From positions 1,045,754-1,109,753 of the forward strand of contig CAVXTU010000001.1 of assembly GCA_963764785.1 (NCBI GenBank): a stretch of 64,000 bases of DNA, given 5' to 3'. The translations under genes were made by a program, and so were the position numbers. A model generated the notes under the pieces. It was given only the letters and a program-made list of their open reading frames with translations. It had not been told where the DNA came from and ran no database searches. Origin of the DNA: an uncultured Chloroflexia bacterium (GTDB lineage: Bacteria > Chloroflexota > Limnocylindria > Limnocylindrales > CSP1-4). Below, one piece after another: positions 48,376 through 58,550 of the stretch (its first letter is position 1; each line of letters begins with the position of its first letter).

Positions 48376-48484
48376 TCAGGACGGGGTGTCCTTGCTGGTG
48401 CGGCTGCTGACGTCGCTCGACTGCGACCTGAGTAGCTGGCGCTCCTCGTTCCGGCGCCGACTTCGCGATGATCATGACCCGCAT
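48376..48484 (-). pseudogene. Possible internally deleted YciI-like gene remnant or small ORF
   Basis: GAGGA RBS + MRVMIIAKSAPE, then EERQLLRSQ... in a shifted frame. Confidence 0.3.
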
Positions 48485-48711
48485 GGCGTAGTCCTCGTGT
48501 GACTCGGGGCCCCGAGCGCGACGGCGTCGGCTGGTCCGCCACTCTTTCGTCGGAGGCGTCCGCCATCTTCGGACACTGGCTTGCATCGCCGGGAGGATGG
48601 CGGACGCGGGCTGGTCGGTCAGGCGTCGCGGCCGTGGCTGACAACGTCTCGCGGCGTCCCCGAGAATCGATCCACCCTCATCAAGGACGGGTGGCACGCA
48701 GAGGAGACGAC

Positions 48712-49500
48712 ATGAGCGTTTCAGACGACAGCCTGGAGAACATCCGCTGGAATGCACAGGCCAAGGATGGGCAGGTGATGCTGTCATTGGCGTGGGAGAT
48801 GTTCGTCCTGTGCGTGGCCATCCTGTCCATCGTGAACATCGCGTTGGCCGTCCTGACGAACAACCAGGACATGGCCCAGGTGGTGTTGGTGATGGACGGC
48901 ATCATCATGATCATCTTCTCCCTGGACCTGGTACGGCGACTCCAGGTCGCCGACGACAACCGGGCCTATCTGCTCAAGGGATACGGCTGGGTCGACGCCA
49001 TCAGCATCATCCCGCTGCTGCGGATCACGCGTTTGTTGCGGATCGTGCGTGTCGTGCGGGTCCTGGGGCGGATGGGCGGCCCGTCAGCGGCGATACGCGC
49101 GTTCTTCGAGAACCGCGCTACAGGTGGCTTGCTGCTGGTGCTCTTCGTAGCGCTCACGGTGCTCGAGTTCGGCAGCATGGCAATGTTGTGGGCAGAGCGG
49201 ACTTCGCCCAACGCCATCATCGTGACTGCTGAGGACGCACTGTGGTATGTGATCGTCACCATGTCCACCGTTGGGTATGGCGACTTCTACCCGGTCACCA
49301 CGGCTGGGCGGGTCATCGGATCGATCATCATCATCGTCGGTGTTGGAGTCTTTGGTACCTTGACCGGCTTCCTCGCGAACGCCTTCCTGACGCCATCGGA
49401 TGCGAGCGTGGAAGTCCATGACGTCGAGGCTCTGGTCGGCGACAGCGACAGCGACAGCGATAGCGATGCCGATCCCAGGTCCCAGCCCGAACCTGCCTGA
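48712..49500 (+). CDS. Voltage-gated potassium channel-like ion transporter
   Basis: S4 LRITRLLRIVRVVR; pore TMSTVGYGD; GGAG RBS. Confidence 0.92.
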   Translation: MSVSDDSLENIRWNAQAKDGQVMLSLAWEMFVLCVAILSIVNIALAVLTNNQDMAQVVLVMDGIIMIIFSLDLVRRLQVADDNRAYLLKGYGWVDAISIIPLLRITRLLRIVRVVRVLGRMGGPSAAIRAFFENRATGGLLLVLFVALTVLEFGSMAMLWAERTSPNAIIVTAEDALWYVIVTMSTVGYGDFYPVTTAGRVIGSIIIIVGVGVFGTLTGFLANAFLTPSDASVEVHDVEALVGDSDSDSDSDADPRSQPEPA

Positions 49501-49509
49501 CCGGGGCGG

Positions 49510-52500
49510 CTACTTGAGATCGATGTAGACCTCCGCCTTCTTCTCTTTGCCGGTCGCCGATGGGCCGAAGATGGGGACTCGAACCTGGTAGCAGGTGCCC
49601 CTCGCCGTAGAGATGACCGCCGTGCGTGAGCCCCCGTCAGGCACGATCGAGAGTTCCTTGATGATATTCGTCGAGCTGGGCCGATAGCGTCGAAGATCCG
49701 GAGCTTTGCGGACGCCATCGAGATCGACCACGATGGCTGTCTTGCCTACCGTAGGCCTGGGTGCGTTGGGCACGGCCCGTCTGAGCCTGGACACGGGCAT
49801 TCGCTCCACCACGACCTCGGTGTCCCTGACGTTGCGCCGATTCCCGACCCGGCCAAGATGGATGACGACGCGTTCGAAGGTGCCGCGCTCAACGAACTCG
49901 ACCCGGTCCACCTCCCAGATGCGGCCGTACGTGTCGGCGATCGGTTCGCTCGTCGCATCGCAGCTGATGGCCCTGGGGGCGCCAGGCACTCGAACCAGGG
50001 GCGGGACGTCGCTGGGGTTCGGCTGTGGTGACTTCTCCGGCGGCGTTTCGATCGATCGACCCAACGCCCTGGCGTTGTCCTGCCACCACTTGAAGACCGC
50101 CCTGGGGTCGTCAGCGCTACCTTCGATCCGGCCCAGCACGTCTGTTCGATTGTCCGTCCAGATGATGGAGGCCATGGCCTCGTCGGAGGTGCAGGCAATC
50201 GTCCCGAAGCCCCATTTGCGGATTCCTGGCTTGCCACCCTGGCACGCCTTCTCACGCTCCTCTGGCGCTGGTGTGATGTCTGCCAGGGCTTCGTCGAAGG
50301 CGACCTTGAGGGCGTCGGCCTCGGGGAATGCCTGCAAGGTCGCCCCTGTCGGGCCTTCGTCGCCAGGATCGCAGGCCACCGAGGCTTCGGCCGTGCTGCC
50401 ATCGACCCGGAAGACCTCGCAGTCCAGCGCAGCTGTTCGTTCGAGCAAGCCGGATTCGGCCGAGGTGAGACTGCTGACTGGAGGGATGGTCGGCGCAGCG
50501 GTCAGCTGAGGGGTCGGCTCCGGCGTGGGCTCGATCGTCGGCTCCGGTGTCGGCTCAGGCGTGGGCACTCGCGTTGGGACTGGTGTCGGCTCTGGCGTCG
50601 GCGCGAGCGTGGGCCCAGGCGTCGGCGTTGCGGTCGGCTCAAGCGTAGGCGCGAGCGTGGGCTCAGGTGTCGGTTCTGGTGTTGGGATCGGCGTTGGTGC
50701 CAGGGTCGGCTCAGGCGTTGGCGTCGGCTCAGGCGTGGGTGCGAGCGTCGGAGCGGGCGTGGGCGCGAGCGTCGGCTCAGGTGTCGGAGCGGGCGTGGGC
50801 TGAGGTGTCGGCTCGGGTGTCGGTTCTGGTGTCGGGATCGGCGTGGGTGTCAGGGTCGGCTCCGGTGTCGGCTCAGGCGTCGGCTCCGGCGTGGGCGCGA
50901 GCGTCGGCTCAGGTGTCGGAGCGGGCGTCGGCTGAGGTGTCGGCTCGGGTGTCGGTTCCGGTGTCGGGGTCGGCGTTGGTGCCAGGGTCGGCTCAGGCGT
51001 AGGCGTCGGCTCCGGCGTGGGCGCGAGCGTCGGAGCGGGCGTGGGCTGAGGTGTCGGCTCGGGTGTCGGTTCCGGTGTCGGGATCGGCGTGGGTGCCAGG
51101 GTCGGCTCCGGCGTGGGCGCGGGCGTCGGCTCAGGTGTCGGAGCGGGCGTCGGCTCAGGTGTCGGAGCGGGCGTGGGCTTAGGCGTCGGCTCGGGCGTCG
51201 GTTCCGGTGTTGGGGTCGGCGTGGGTGCCAGGGTCGGCTCCGGCGTCGGCTCGGGTGTCGGTGGCGTCGGGCGTCGGTTCCGGTGTTGGGCTCGGCGTGG
51301 GTGCCGGGGTCGGCTCAGGCGTCGGTTCCGGTGTTGGGGTCGGTGTTGGTGCGAGGGTCGGCTCAGGCGTCGGCTCAGGTGTCGGCTCGGGTGTCGGTTC
51401 CGGTGTTGGGTCGGCGTGGGTGCGAGGGTCGGCTCAGGCGTCGGCGTAGGCGCGGGCGTGGGCTGAGGCGTCGGCTCGGGTGTCGGTTCCGGTGTTGGGA
51501 TCGGCGTGGGTGCCAGGGTCGGCTCAGGCGTAGGCGTAGGCGCGGGCGTGGGCTGAGGCGTCGGCTCGGGTGTCGGTTCCGGTGTTGGGGTCGGCGTGGG
51601 TGCCAGGGTCGGCTCAGGCGTAGGCGTCGGCTCCGGCGTGGGCGCGGGCGTCGGAGCGGGCGTGGGCTGAGGTGTCGGCTCGGGTGTCGGTTCCGGTGTC
51701 GGGATCGGCGTGGGTGCCAGGGTCGGCTCCGGCGTGGGCGCGGGCGTCGGCTCACGGGGTCGGCTCGGGCGTCGGAGCGGGCGTGGGCTTAGGCGTCGGC
51801 TCGGGTGTCGGTTCCGGTGTTGGGGTCGGCGTGGGTGCCAGGGTCGGTTCCGGTGTCGGCTCAGGTGTGGGCGCGAGCGTCGGTTCCGGGGTCGGCTCAG
51901 GCGTGGGCTCGGGCGTGGGTGCAAGCGTCGGCTCAGGCGTCGGCTCAGGAGTCGGCTGGGGCGTCGGGGCGACCGTGGGCTCGGGCGTGGGACTGGGACT
52001 CGCCACGACTGGCGGGACCGCGACCCCACTTGCCGACAGCTCTCCGTTCGTCGGTCCGCTCGGGCTACTGCCGCCCGACAGGAAGAAGAACCCAAGGCCG
52101 GCGACCGCCACGAGGGCGACGGCGATGATCGATCCGAGCAGCACCCGCGAGTTGTCGGGCTGATCCGCTGGCCCCGACCGTGGAGGCGGCGGAGGAGGCG
52201 GAGGAGGCGGAGGCGCGGCACGTCGGATGGCGGCCGCCGCGGGAGTCGCCATCCAGGCAGGGGCGCCTTCAGGTGGTGGCGAGGGGTCAACCAGCACCGT
52301 GTCGCTGCCGGGAGCATCGGTCGGGGCGACCTCCGCGGTGCCGGTCGGCGCGACCACCTCGGTGTCGGTCGGGGGGGTGACGTCCTCGGTCTCGAGCGGG
52401 GCGACCTCCGTGATGTCGGTGGCGCCGACCTCGGGGCCGTCGGTACTGCTGACGACGGTGTCGGCAGCGGTGGTGGAAGAAGCGGCGTCAGGGTCGTCGA

Positions 52501-52930
52501 CAGCGTCAGCGTCGGCGGTGGCATCCGCGCCAGCGTCGAGCCCAGCCGAAGACGCGACGACCGTCGCGAGCTCTGCCTCGGCCGTCGTCTCAGAGGGTGT
52601 CGCCGCAGGCGGCACGACTGCTGGCTCCGACGGTCCGACCTCATCGGTCGCGCGCAGCTCGTGCAGACAACGCCAGCAGTAGACGCGGTCGGCAGGGTTC
52701 CGCGTCTGGCACTCGGAGCACACGATCACCGCAGCTGAGCTACGGTCGAGATCGGCGCGCGGCCATGCGGGACCTTCCTCCTCGGCGTCGGTATCGGCAG
52801 CGTCGCCCTCCCCGGCGGTCCCGCCTTCTACGCCGAGGTCATCCGGGAGCAATGTCTCGCACTCGGCGCAGAATTGTGAGCCTGTGGGGTTCTCGGACCC
52901 GCAGGACGGGCACGTGATCTGGTCGCTCAT
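49510..52930 (-). CDS. Membrane protein: two zinc ribbons, TM, long Pro/Thr stalk, Cys-rich domain, AMIN-like C-terminal domain; frameshifted inside the repeat
   Basis: CPSC..CAEC and CSEC..CWRC; poly-Pro; [24 protein letters not shown]; the PTPE repeats link ORF 51752..53017 to ORF 49510..52644. Confidence 0.75.
50500..52000 (-). repeat. Coding tandem repeat of 12-nt units ([16 protein letters not shown]) with higher-order blocks
   Basis: Recurrent GGCGTCGGCTC/GGTGTCGGCTC units over about 1.5 kb; block PTLAPTP(I/T)[11 protein letters not shown](Q/K)PTPA recurs. Confidence 0.95.
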
Positions 52931-53304
52931 ATCCCTCGGCGCCAGGTTCGAGACAGTCCACCAGGACCACACCGAAGGGCACGGTGGCACGGCGGCTGGT
53001 GCGGGCCAAGCCCGCACCCCTGGGTCACGGCGATCTCTGCGGTTGTACGAAACATCAGGACAGGCGTACTCGCGATGCGATTCCTATCGGGTGATGTTGG
53101 GTGCAGCGAGGTGCGGTTGTGAGTGGCCCATGAGTACTATGCCCGGGCGGTATCCGGCGCTTTCCGGGCCCCCCTGACCATTCGACCTCATTGGATCCGC
53201 GCCACGAGTCGCGTGCGTCGGGCGACTCGAGGCCGCACATCGTGCCGCATCAGCAACCTGTTCGGCCCTTCATGCGCCCGAAGAGCTGCGCTACTCTCGC
53301 AGAC

Positions 53305-54924
53305 GTGAGTGCACCTGAGACCACGACTCCCTGGCTTGGATACGCTCCAGGCCGGGCCTGGGACGAGGCCATGGACGTGGAGGGCCGTGTGCGCGGTCCC
53401 TACGAAGCGGTCTACCGCGAGATCGACCAGATGTCGCCCGAAGACCTGCGATCTCGGGCGGAGGCACTCGCGAGCACGTACCTCGCGCAGGGCGTCACCT
53501 TCGATCACGCAGGCGAGGAGCGACCATTCCCGCTGGACATCGTGCCCCGTGTGGTCAGCTCCGATGACTGGGACATCATCGAGCCTGGAGTGGCGCAGCG
53601 GGTCCGCGCGATCGAGGCCTTCCTCGACGACGTCTATGGTTCGCAGCGCTGTGTGGCCGACAAGGTCGTGCCACGCAGCGTCATCACGTCATCGAGGCAC
53701 TTCCGCCGACCGGCTGCCGGTATCCACCCACCCGGTGGCGTGCGAGTCCACGTCAGCGGTATCGACCTCGTTCGAGATCAGCTCGGTATCCATCGTGTGC
53801 TCGAGGACAACGTGCGTGTGCCATCGGGCGTCAGCTATGTGCTTTCCAACCGGCGAGCCATGTCACAGATGTTCTCCGAGCTCTTCGCGACGATGGGCAT
53901 CCGACCAGTGCTGGAATACTCCCAGCGCTTGCGCTCAGCGCTCAGCAAGGTCGCGCCGGAGGGTGTGGAAGAGCCGACCATCGTGGTGCTCACACCGGGC
54001 GTGTACAACTCGGCCTACTACGAGCATTCATTGCTGGCTCGCACGATGGGCGTCGAGCTGGTCGAGGGTCGCGACCTGGAAGCAGTCGGCGGTCGGGTCT
54101 ACATGCGCACCACGGCCGGCCGACAGCGTGTGGATGTCGATCTATCGCCGTGTCGATGATGATTTCCTGGACCCAGTGCATTTCCGTCCGGACTCCACGC
54201 TGGGCGCGCCCGGCCTGATCAACGTCGCGCGGATCGGCAACGTCACCCTGGCCAACGCTATCGGCAATGGGGTCGCTGACGACAAGCTGGTCTATACGTA
54301 CCTGCCGGACCTGATGCGCTACTACCTCGGCGAGGACCCCATCCTGCCCAACGTCGACACCTGGCGCCTGGAGGATGACCGAGCCCGCGAGGAGGTCATG
54401 GATCGGCTGACTGAACTGGTGGTGAAGCCGGTCGACGGCTCTGGCGGCAAGGGTGTGTTGATCGGCCCCGCGGCCAGCAAGAAGGAGCTGATGGTGGCGC
54501 GGAAGCGCCTGGAGTCGGATCCACGTGGCTGGATCGCCCAGCCGGTGGTTCAGCTTTCTACTGTGCCGACGCTCTCGGACGATGGCCTGGAGCCTCGCCA
54601 CGTCGACCTGCGACCCTTCGCCGTCAACGCCGGCGAGGGCGACATCTGGGTGCTGCCCGGAGGCCTCACGCAGAGTGGCTCTGGAGCGTGGCCAGCTGGT
54701 GGTGAACTCGTCGCAGGGCGGTGGCTCCAAGGACACCTGGGTCCTTGGCTCGGTCGACTTTCCCCGCCGCGACCGCGAGGGACGCCGGCGTGAGATGGTG
54801 CGCGAGGAGCAGGTGGAGCTGAGCGGCATGCAAGCCGTTCCGCAGTCGACGCACCCCGAGGACCAGGCGCAGGGTCAGCAGCAGGCACAACAGCAACAGG
54901 CCGCGAAGCCTCGACCGATGCTGA
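53305..54924 (+). CDS. Circularly permuted type 2 ATP-grasp protein, frameshifts near 54140 and 54670
   Basis: [89 protein letters not shown]-rich tail. Confidence 0.9.
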
Positions 54925-55838
54925 GTCGCATCGCAGAGTCGCTGTTCTGGATCGGTCGCTACGTGGACCGTGCGGACAATACGGCTCGACTCCTGGATGT
55001 CCACTTCAACGTCCTGCTCGAGGATCCGTGGGTCGACGAACCCACTGCCAATGCGTCACTGCTCACGGTCATGAACGTCAACTTCAAGGGCGAGGTGACA
55101 CGCGAGAACGTCCTCGATCACCTCGCCTATGACCCCGAGCGCCCGTCGTCGATCGCGGGCACGCTTACTTCCGCCCGTGGGAATGCCCGACGGGCTCGTG
55201 AGGTCATCTCCACCGAGATCTGGGAGTCGCTCAATACCACCTGGCAGCAACTTGCGTCGCGTTCACGGACCCGCCGACCGCACGCCTATTTCGAGTGGGT
55301 GCGTGAGCGCGCCGCGGTGGTATGGGGTCTATCGGGCGCCACGACTTCACGCGATGACACGTGGCTCTTCATGGACCTTGGACGCTCGCTGGAGCGTGCC
55401 GACATGATCGCGCGGCTGCTCATGACACGATCGCTGGCCGGCACCATCGGGCCCAACTGGACCACGCTGCTGCGTTCGTGTGCCGCCCACGAAGCCTATC
55501 TGCGTCGTGTCCGGTCGCTCGTGTCGGAGGAGCGTGCCGCGGAATTCCTGCTCATCGACCACATGTTCCCCCGGTCGATCGCCTACAACCTTGGTCGGGC
55601 CGAGCGCATCCTGGCCGACCTCGACCCGGATGCGCCGCGACGCTCACCGGCAGCCCAGGCCCGCTTCTCGCTGGGCCGGGCGCGCAGCAACCTCGAGTAT
55701 CGCCAGGTGCGCGAGATCCTCGACGACCTGCCGGCGCAGATGCAGGCGGTCCAGCTGGCCTGTGCCCAGGCGTCGAACCTCATCAGTGAGCGCTTCTTCC
55801 AACCCGCTGTCACGGTGTGGACTCGGGAGGCCATGTGA
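54918..55838 (+). CDS. Alpha-E domain protein (DUF403)
   Basis: [48 protein letters not shown]. Confidence 0.92.
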   Translation: MLSRIAESLFWIGRYVDRADNTARLLDVHFNVLLEDPWVDEPTANASLLTVMNVNFKGEVTRENVLDHLAYDPERPSSIAGTLTSARGNARRAREVISTEIWESLNTTWQQLASRSRTRRPHAYFEWVRERAAVVWGLSGATTSRDDTWLFMDLGRSLERADMIARLLMTRSLAGTIGPNWTTLLRSCAAHEAYLRRVRSLVSEERAAEFLLIDHMFPRSIAYNLGRAERILADLDPDAPRRSPAAQARFSLGRARSNLEYRQVREILDDLPAQMQAVQLACAQASNLISERFFQPAVTVWTREAM

Positions 55839-56671
55839 GCGTCCTCGAGATCCGCCACCAGACGTGGTTCAGGTACTCGGACGAGATCCCTACCTCCTAC
55901 AACGAGGCGCGCCTGTTTCCTGCACATCTGCCCCGCCAGCGAGTGCTCGCGGCCGAGCTGGATATCGCGCCGGTCACGTGGCAGGCCAGCTACATCGACT
56001 ACTGGGACACGCGGGTCACCGCGTTCGAGGTCCTGCGCCCGCATCGCTCGCTGACGCTGAACGCCACGTCCCGGGTGGAGGTCATGCCCGAATACCAGCC
56101 CTGGCAGGCACCCGATTGGGCTGAGCTCCGTGGACCGGAGATCACCGACCGATTGTCCGAGTACCTCGTCAACTCGCCGACGACACAGCCTGACGAAGAG
56201 TTGGCTGCCTACGCGCTGGAGGCTGCCGGTCGCCATGGACCTGGTGAGACAGCAAGGGTCATCTGCTCCTACCTGCACGACGTCATCGACTACGTGCCTG
56301 GCGCCACCTCGGTGCACACACCCGCTGGACACGCCTGGCAGGAGCGGTCCGGCGTATGCCAGGACTTTGCCCATCTCGCCATCGGTGCCATGCGAAGTAT
56401 CGGCATCCCTGCGCGCTATGTGTCGGGTTATCTGCACCCCAGCAAGAGCTCCACGATCGGGGAGACGGTGCATGGCGAGTCACATGCCTGGGTGGAATGG
56501 TGGGACGGGGCCTGGCTGGGGTACGACCCGACCAACGACTCGGTCGTAGCCGATCACCATGTGGTCGTTGCGCGCGCGCGAGAGTACGCCGATGTCATGC
56601 CGGTCAAGGGCATCTTCACCGGTGCCCACAGCGAGCTGACCGTGACCGTGGAGGTCACTCAAACGGCGTAG
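55835..56671 (+). CDS. Transglutaminase-like protein with N-terminal domain
   Basis: GVCQDFAH, PARYVSGY, SHAWVE, YDPTN (Cys-His-Asp triad). Confidence 0.95.
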   Translation: MSVLEIRHQTWFRYSDEIPTSYNEARLFPAHLPRQRVLAAELDIAPVTWQASYIDYWDTRVTAFEVLRPHRSLTLNATSRVEVMPEYQPWQAPDWAELRGPEITDRLSEYLVNSPTTQPDEELAAYALEAAGRHGPGETARVICSYLHDVIDYVPGATSVHTPAGHAWQERSGVCQDFAHLAIGAMRSIGIPARYVSGYLHPSKSSTIGETVHGESHAWVEWWDGAWLGYDPTNDSVVADHHVVVARAREYADVMPVKGIFTGAHSELTVTVEVTQTA

Positions 56672-56712
56672 CCACGGGTCCCGGGGCCGGTGAGCGTACC
56701 CTTGGGCACGAC

Positions 56713-57855
56713 GTGAGGTTCATCCGGCTCTCTCTGTTCGCCGTCATCGTCGTCGGGCTCCTGGCGGGCTCGCTGTGGATATTGCGCGTGCCACTGCTTC
56801 GGGCCGCCGGCATCAACTTCGACGCTGGCTCGCCGGGTCCGACCGCGCTCGACCTGGCGCCGGATATCCGGGCTGATGTGTTCGCTTCCGGGTTGGTCCG
56901 GCCGCGTTTCATGGCGGAATCTCCGGATGGCACGATCTTCGTCGCGGATCCAGGTGCGGACAGGGTCGTGGCATTGCCCGACCGAGATGGTGACGGTGTC
57001 GCGGACGAGCTCGTGGTGGTCGGGGAAGACTATGACGCTGCTCACTCCATCGCGTTCCGCGACGATGGCTCGCTGCTCGTCGCCGGGAGTGGTTCGCTGT
57101 TCGAGGTCGCACTCGACGACGACCTGCGCGAGATCGGCCGCCGCACGGTTTCGACCTACCCATCGGGTGGATCTCATTCCACGCGCACGGTGGTCGTCAC
57201 CCCCGACAGCTCGCTATTGCTCAGCGTCGGTTCGACCTGCAATGTCTGCGAGGAAGGCGACGAGCGTCGCGCCACCGTGCTCAGCATCCCCGCTGAGGGC
57301 GGCACCGGACGCGTGCTCATGCGAGGACTTCGCAATGCGGTGGGCCTGGCCGTCGACCCCGAAACAGGGACGGCCTGGGCTACCAACAACGGTCGCGACA
57401 TGATGGGCGACGACGTCCCGCCCGAGACGCTGTACCGCGTCGTCGAGGGAGCCGACGCCGGATGGCCCAGGTGCCACGCCGGGGATATCGTGGACCCGGA
57501 ATTCGGTGATGACCCCGACCCCGAGACGGGGTCGGTCGGCTGCGATGGGGTCGTAGCACCGTCCGCCATCTTCCAGGCCCATGCCGCACCTCTGGGCCTG
57601 GCCTTCTGGCGTGACCACGCGGTCATCGCCTTCCATGGCTCATGGAATTGTTCCCAGAAGGTCGGCTACGAGGTCCTGTGGCTGCCCTGGCACGACGGTC
57701 CGGCCGGCCCTGCGGAGGCGCTTGCCGGTGGCTTCCTCGACGCTACGACCGGCGACGCAAGCGGCCGACCCGCCGGCGTCCTGTCAGCATCAGACGGGGC
57801 GCTCTTCGTGTCCGATGACAAGGCCGGCCTGATCTACCGCATCACCGCTCCGTAG
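56713..57855 (+). CDS. PQQ-dependent sugar/sorbosone dehydrogenase family (beta-propeller)
   Basis: N-terminal TM; HSTR, VGSTCNVC, GLRNAVG, AHAAPLG, FHGSWN, GRP, LFVSDD. Confidence 0.9.
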   Translation: MRFIRLSLFAVIVVGLLAGSLWILRVPLLRAAGINFDAGSPGPTALDLAPDIRADVFASGLVRPRFMAESPDGTIFVADPGADRVVALPDRDGDGVADELVVVGEDYDAAHSIAFRDDGSLLVAGSGSLFEVALDDDLREIGRRTVSTYPSGGSHSTRTVVVTPDSSLLLSVGSTCNVCEEGDERRATVLSIPAEGGTGRVLMRGLRNAVGLAVDPETGTAWATNNGRDMMGDDVPPETLYRVVEGADAGWPRCHAGDIVDPEFGDDPDPETGSVGCDGVVAPSAIFQAHAAPLGLAFWRDHAVIAFHGSWNCSQKVGYEVLWLPWHDGPAGPAEALAGGFLDATTGDASGRPAGVLSASDGALFVSDDKAGLIYRITAP

Positions 57856-57873
57856 GAGGCGCCACCGCGGGAG

Positions 57874-58462
57874 TCAGCGGTTGCGTTCGCCAGCTTCGAT
57901 GCGCACGGTCAACCAGTTCTCGCGAGGTGGAAGGGGGCACGAGTAGCTGGGCGAGTAGGCGCAGAACGGCGCGTATGAAAGGTTGAAGTCCAGGTCGTAT
58001 GTTCCATCGTCCGCAGCGGGGATATCGAGATAGCGGCCGGCTCCGTACGTCTCGGCTCCGTTGGTGGCGTCCTTGAAAGGCACGAACACGGAGTCGTCCT
58101 GGGCACCGGCGATACGCAACGCCACCAGTTGCTGGGTGAGGCCGTCGACTCGGAACTGCAAGCGTGCCTACGCGGCGACCGTGGCGCTCGGCGCCATCTG
58201 ATGTCTGGACCTTGGTCTCTTCCTCGAGGCCGTCGGGCAGCGGGCCCAGCACGAGGGACTCGTAGCGCATCGATACGTCGATCGGGTAGTAGACCAGGCC
58301 GGTGAAACCGGCGCGTTCGGGCACGGGGATGGGGCTTTGCGTGGAACTCCCGAAGTAGTCGTCCTTGCGGCTGCGCCGGGCTTGGACCCAGCCCTCGTAG
58401 TCGACGGGCTCGACCTGGTGGACGTGTTCGTGACGGTGGCCGTGGTTCGCGTGTGCTGCCAT
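57874..58462 (-). CDS. DUF1684 domain protein with His-rich N-terminus, frameshift near 58165
   Basis: SPIP..FTGLVYYP; FVPFKDATNG.ETYGAGRYLD; LDFN.SYAPFCAY...CPLPP.EN.L...AGE. Confidence 0.88.
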
Positions 58463-58550
58463 GTGGTCCTTCTGGGAGTACGCTGACCCCTCCATTCTGA
58501 CGACATGGCGCTCCGCCCGCCCGGGGCCTGGGGCGCAAGCCGTTCCGCCA

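Noticed and set aside
49441-49467. (GACAGC)n repeat in the K+ channel tail
   Set aside because: Short in-frame Asp-Ser low-complexity tail with no evident function.
50500-52000. Long repeat array as a CRISPR or non-coding satellite
   Set aside because: There are no unique spacers; units are multiples of 3 with wobble variation and encode Pro/Thr repeats inside a CDS.
50525-52738. Gly/Val/Ser-rich plus-strand ORFs resembling silk or collagen-like proteins
   Set aside because: They are antisense translations of the PTPE repeat.
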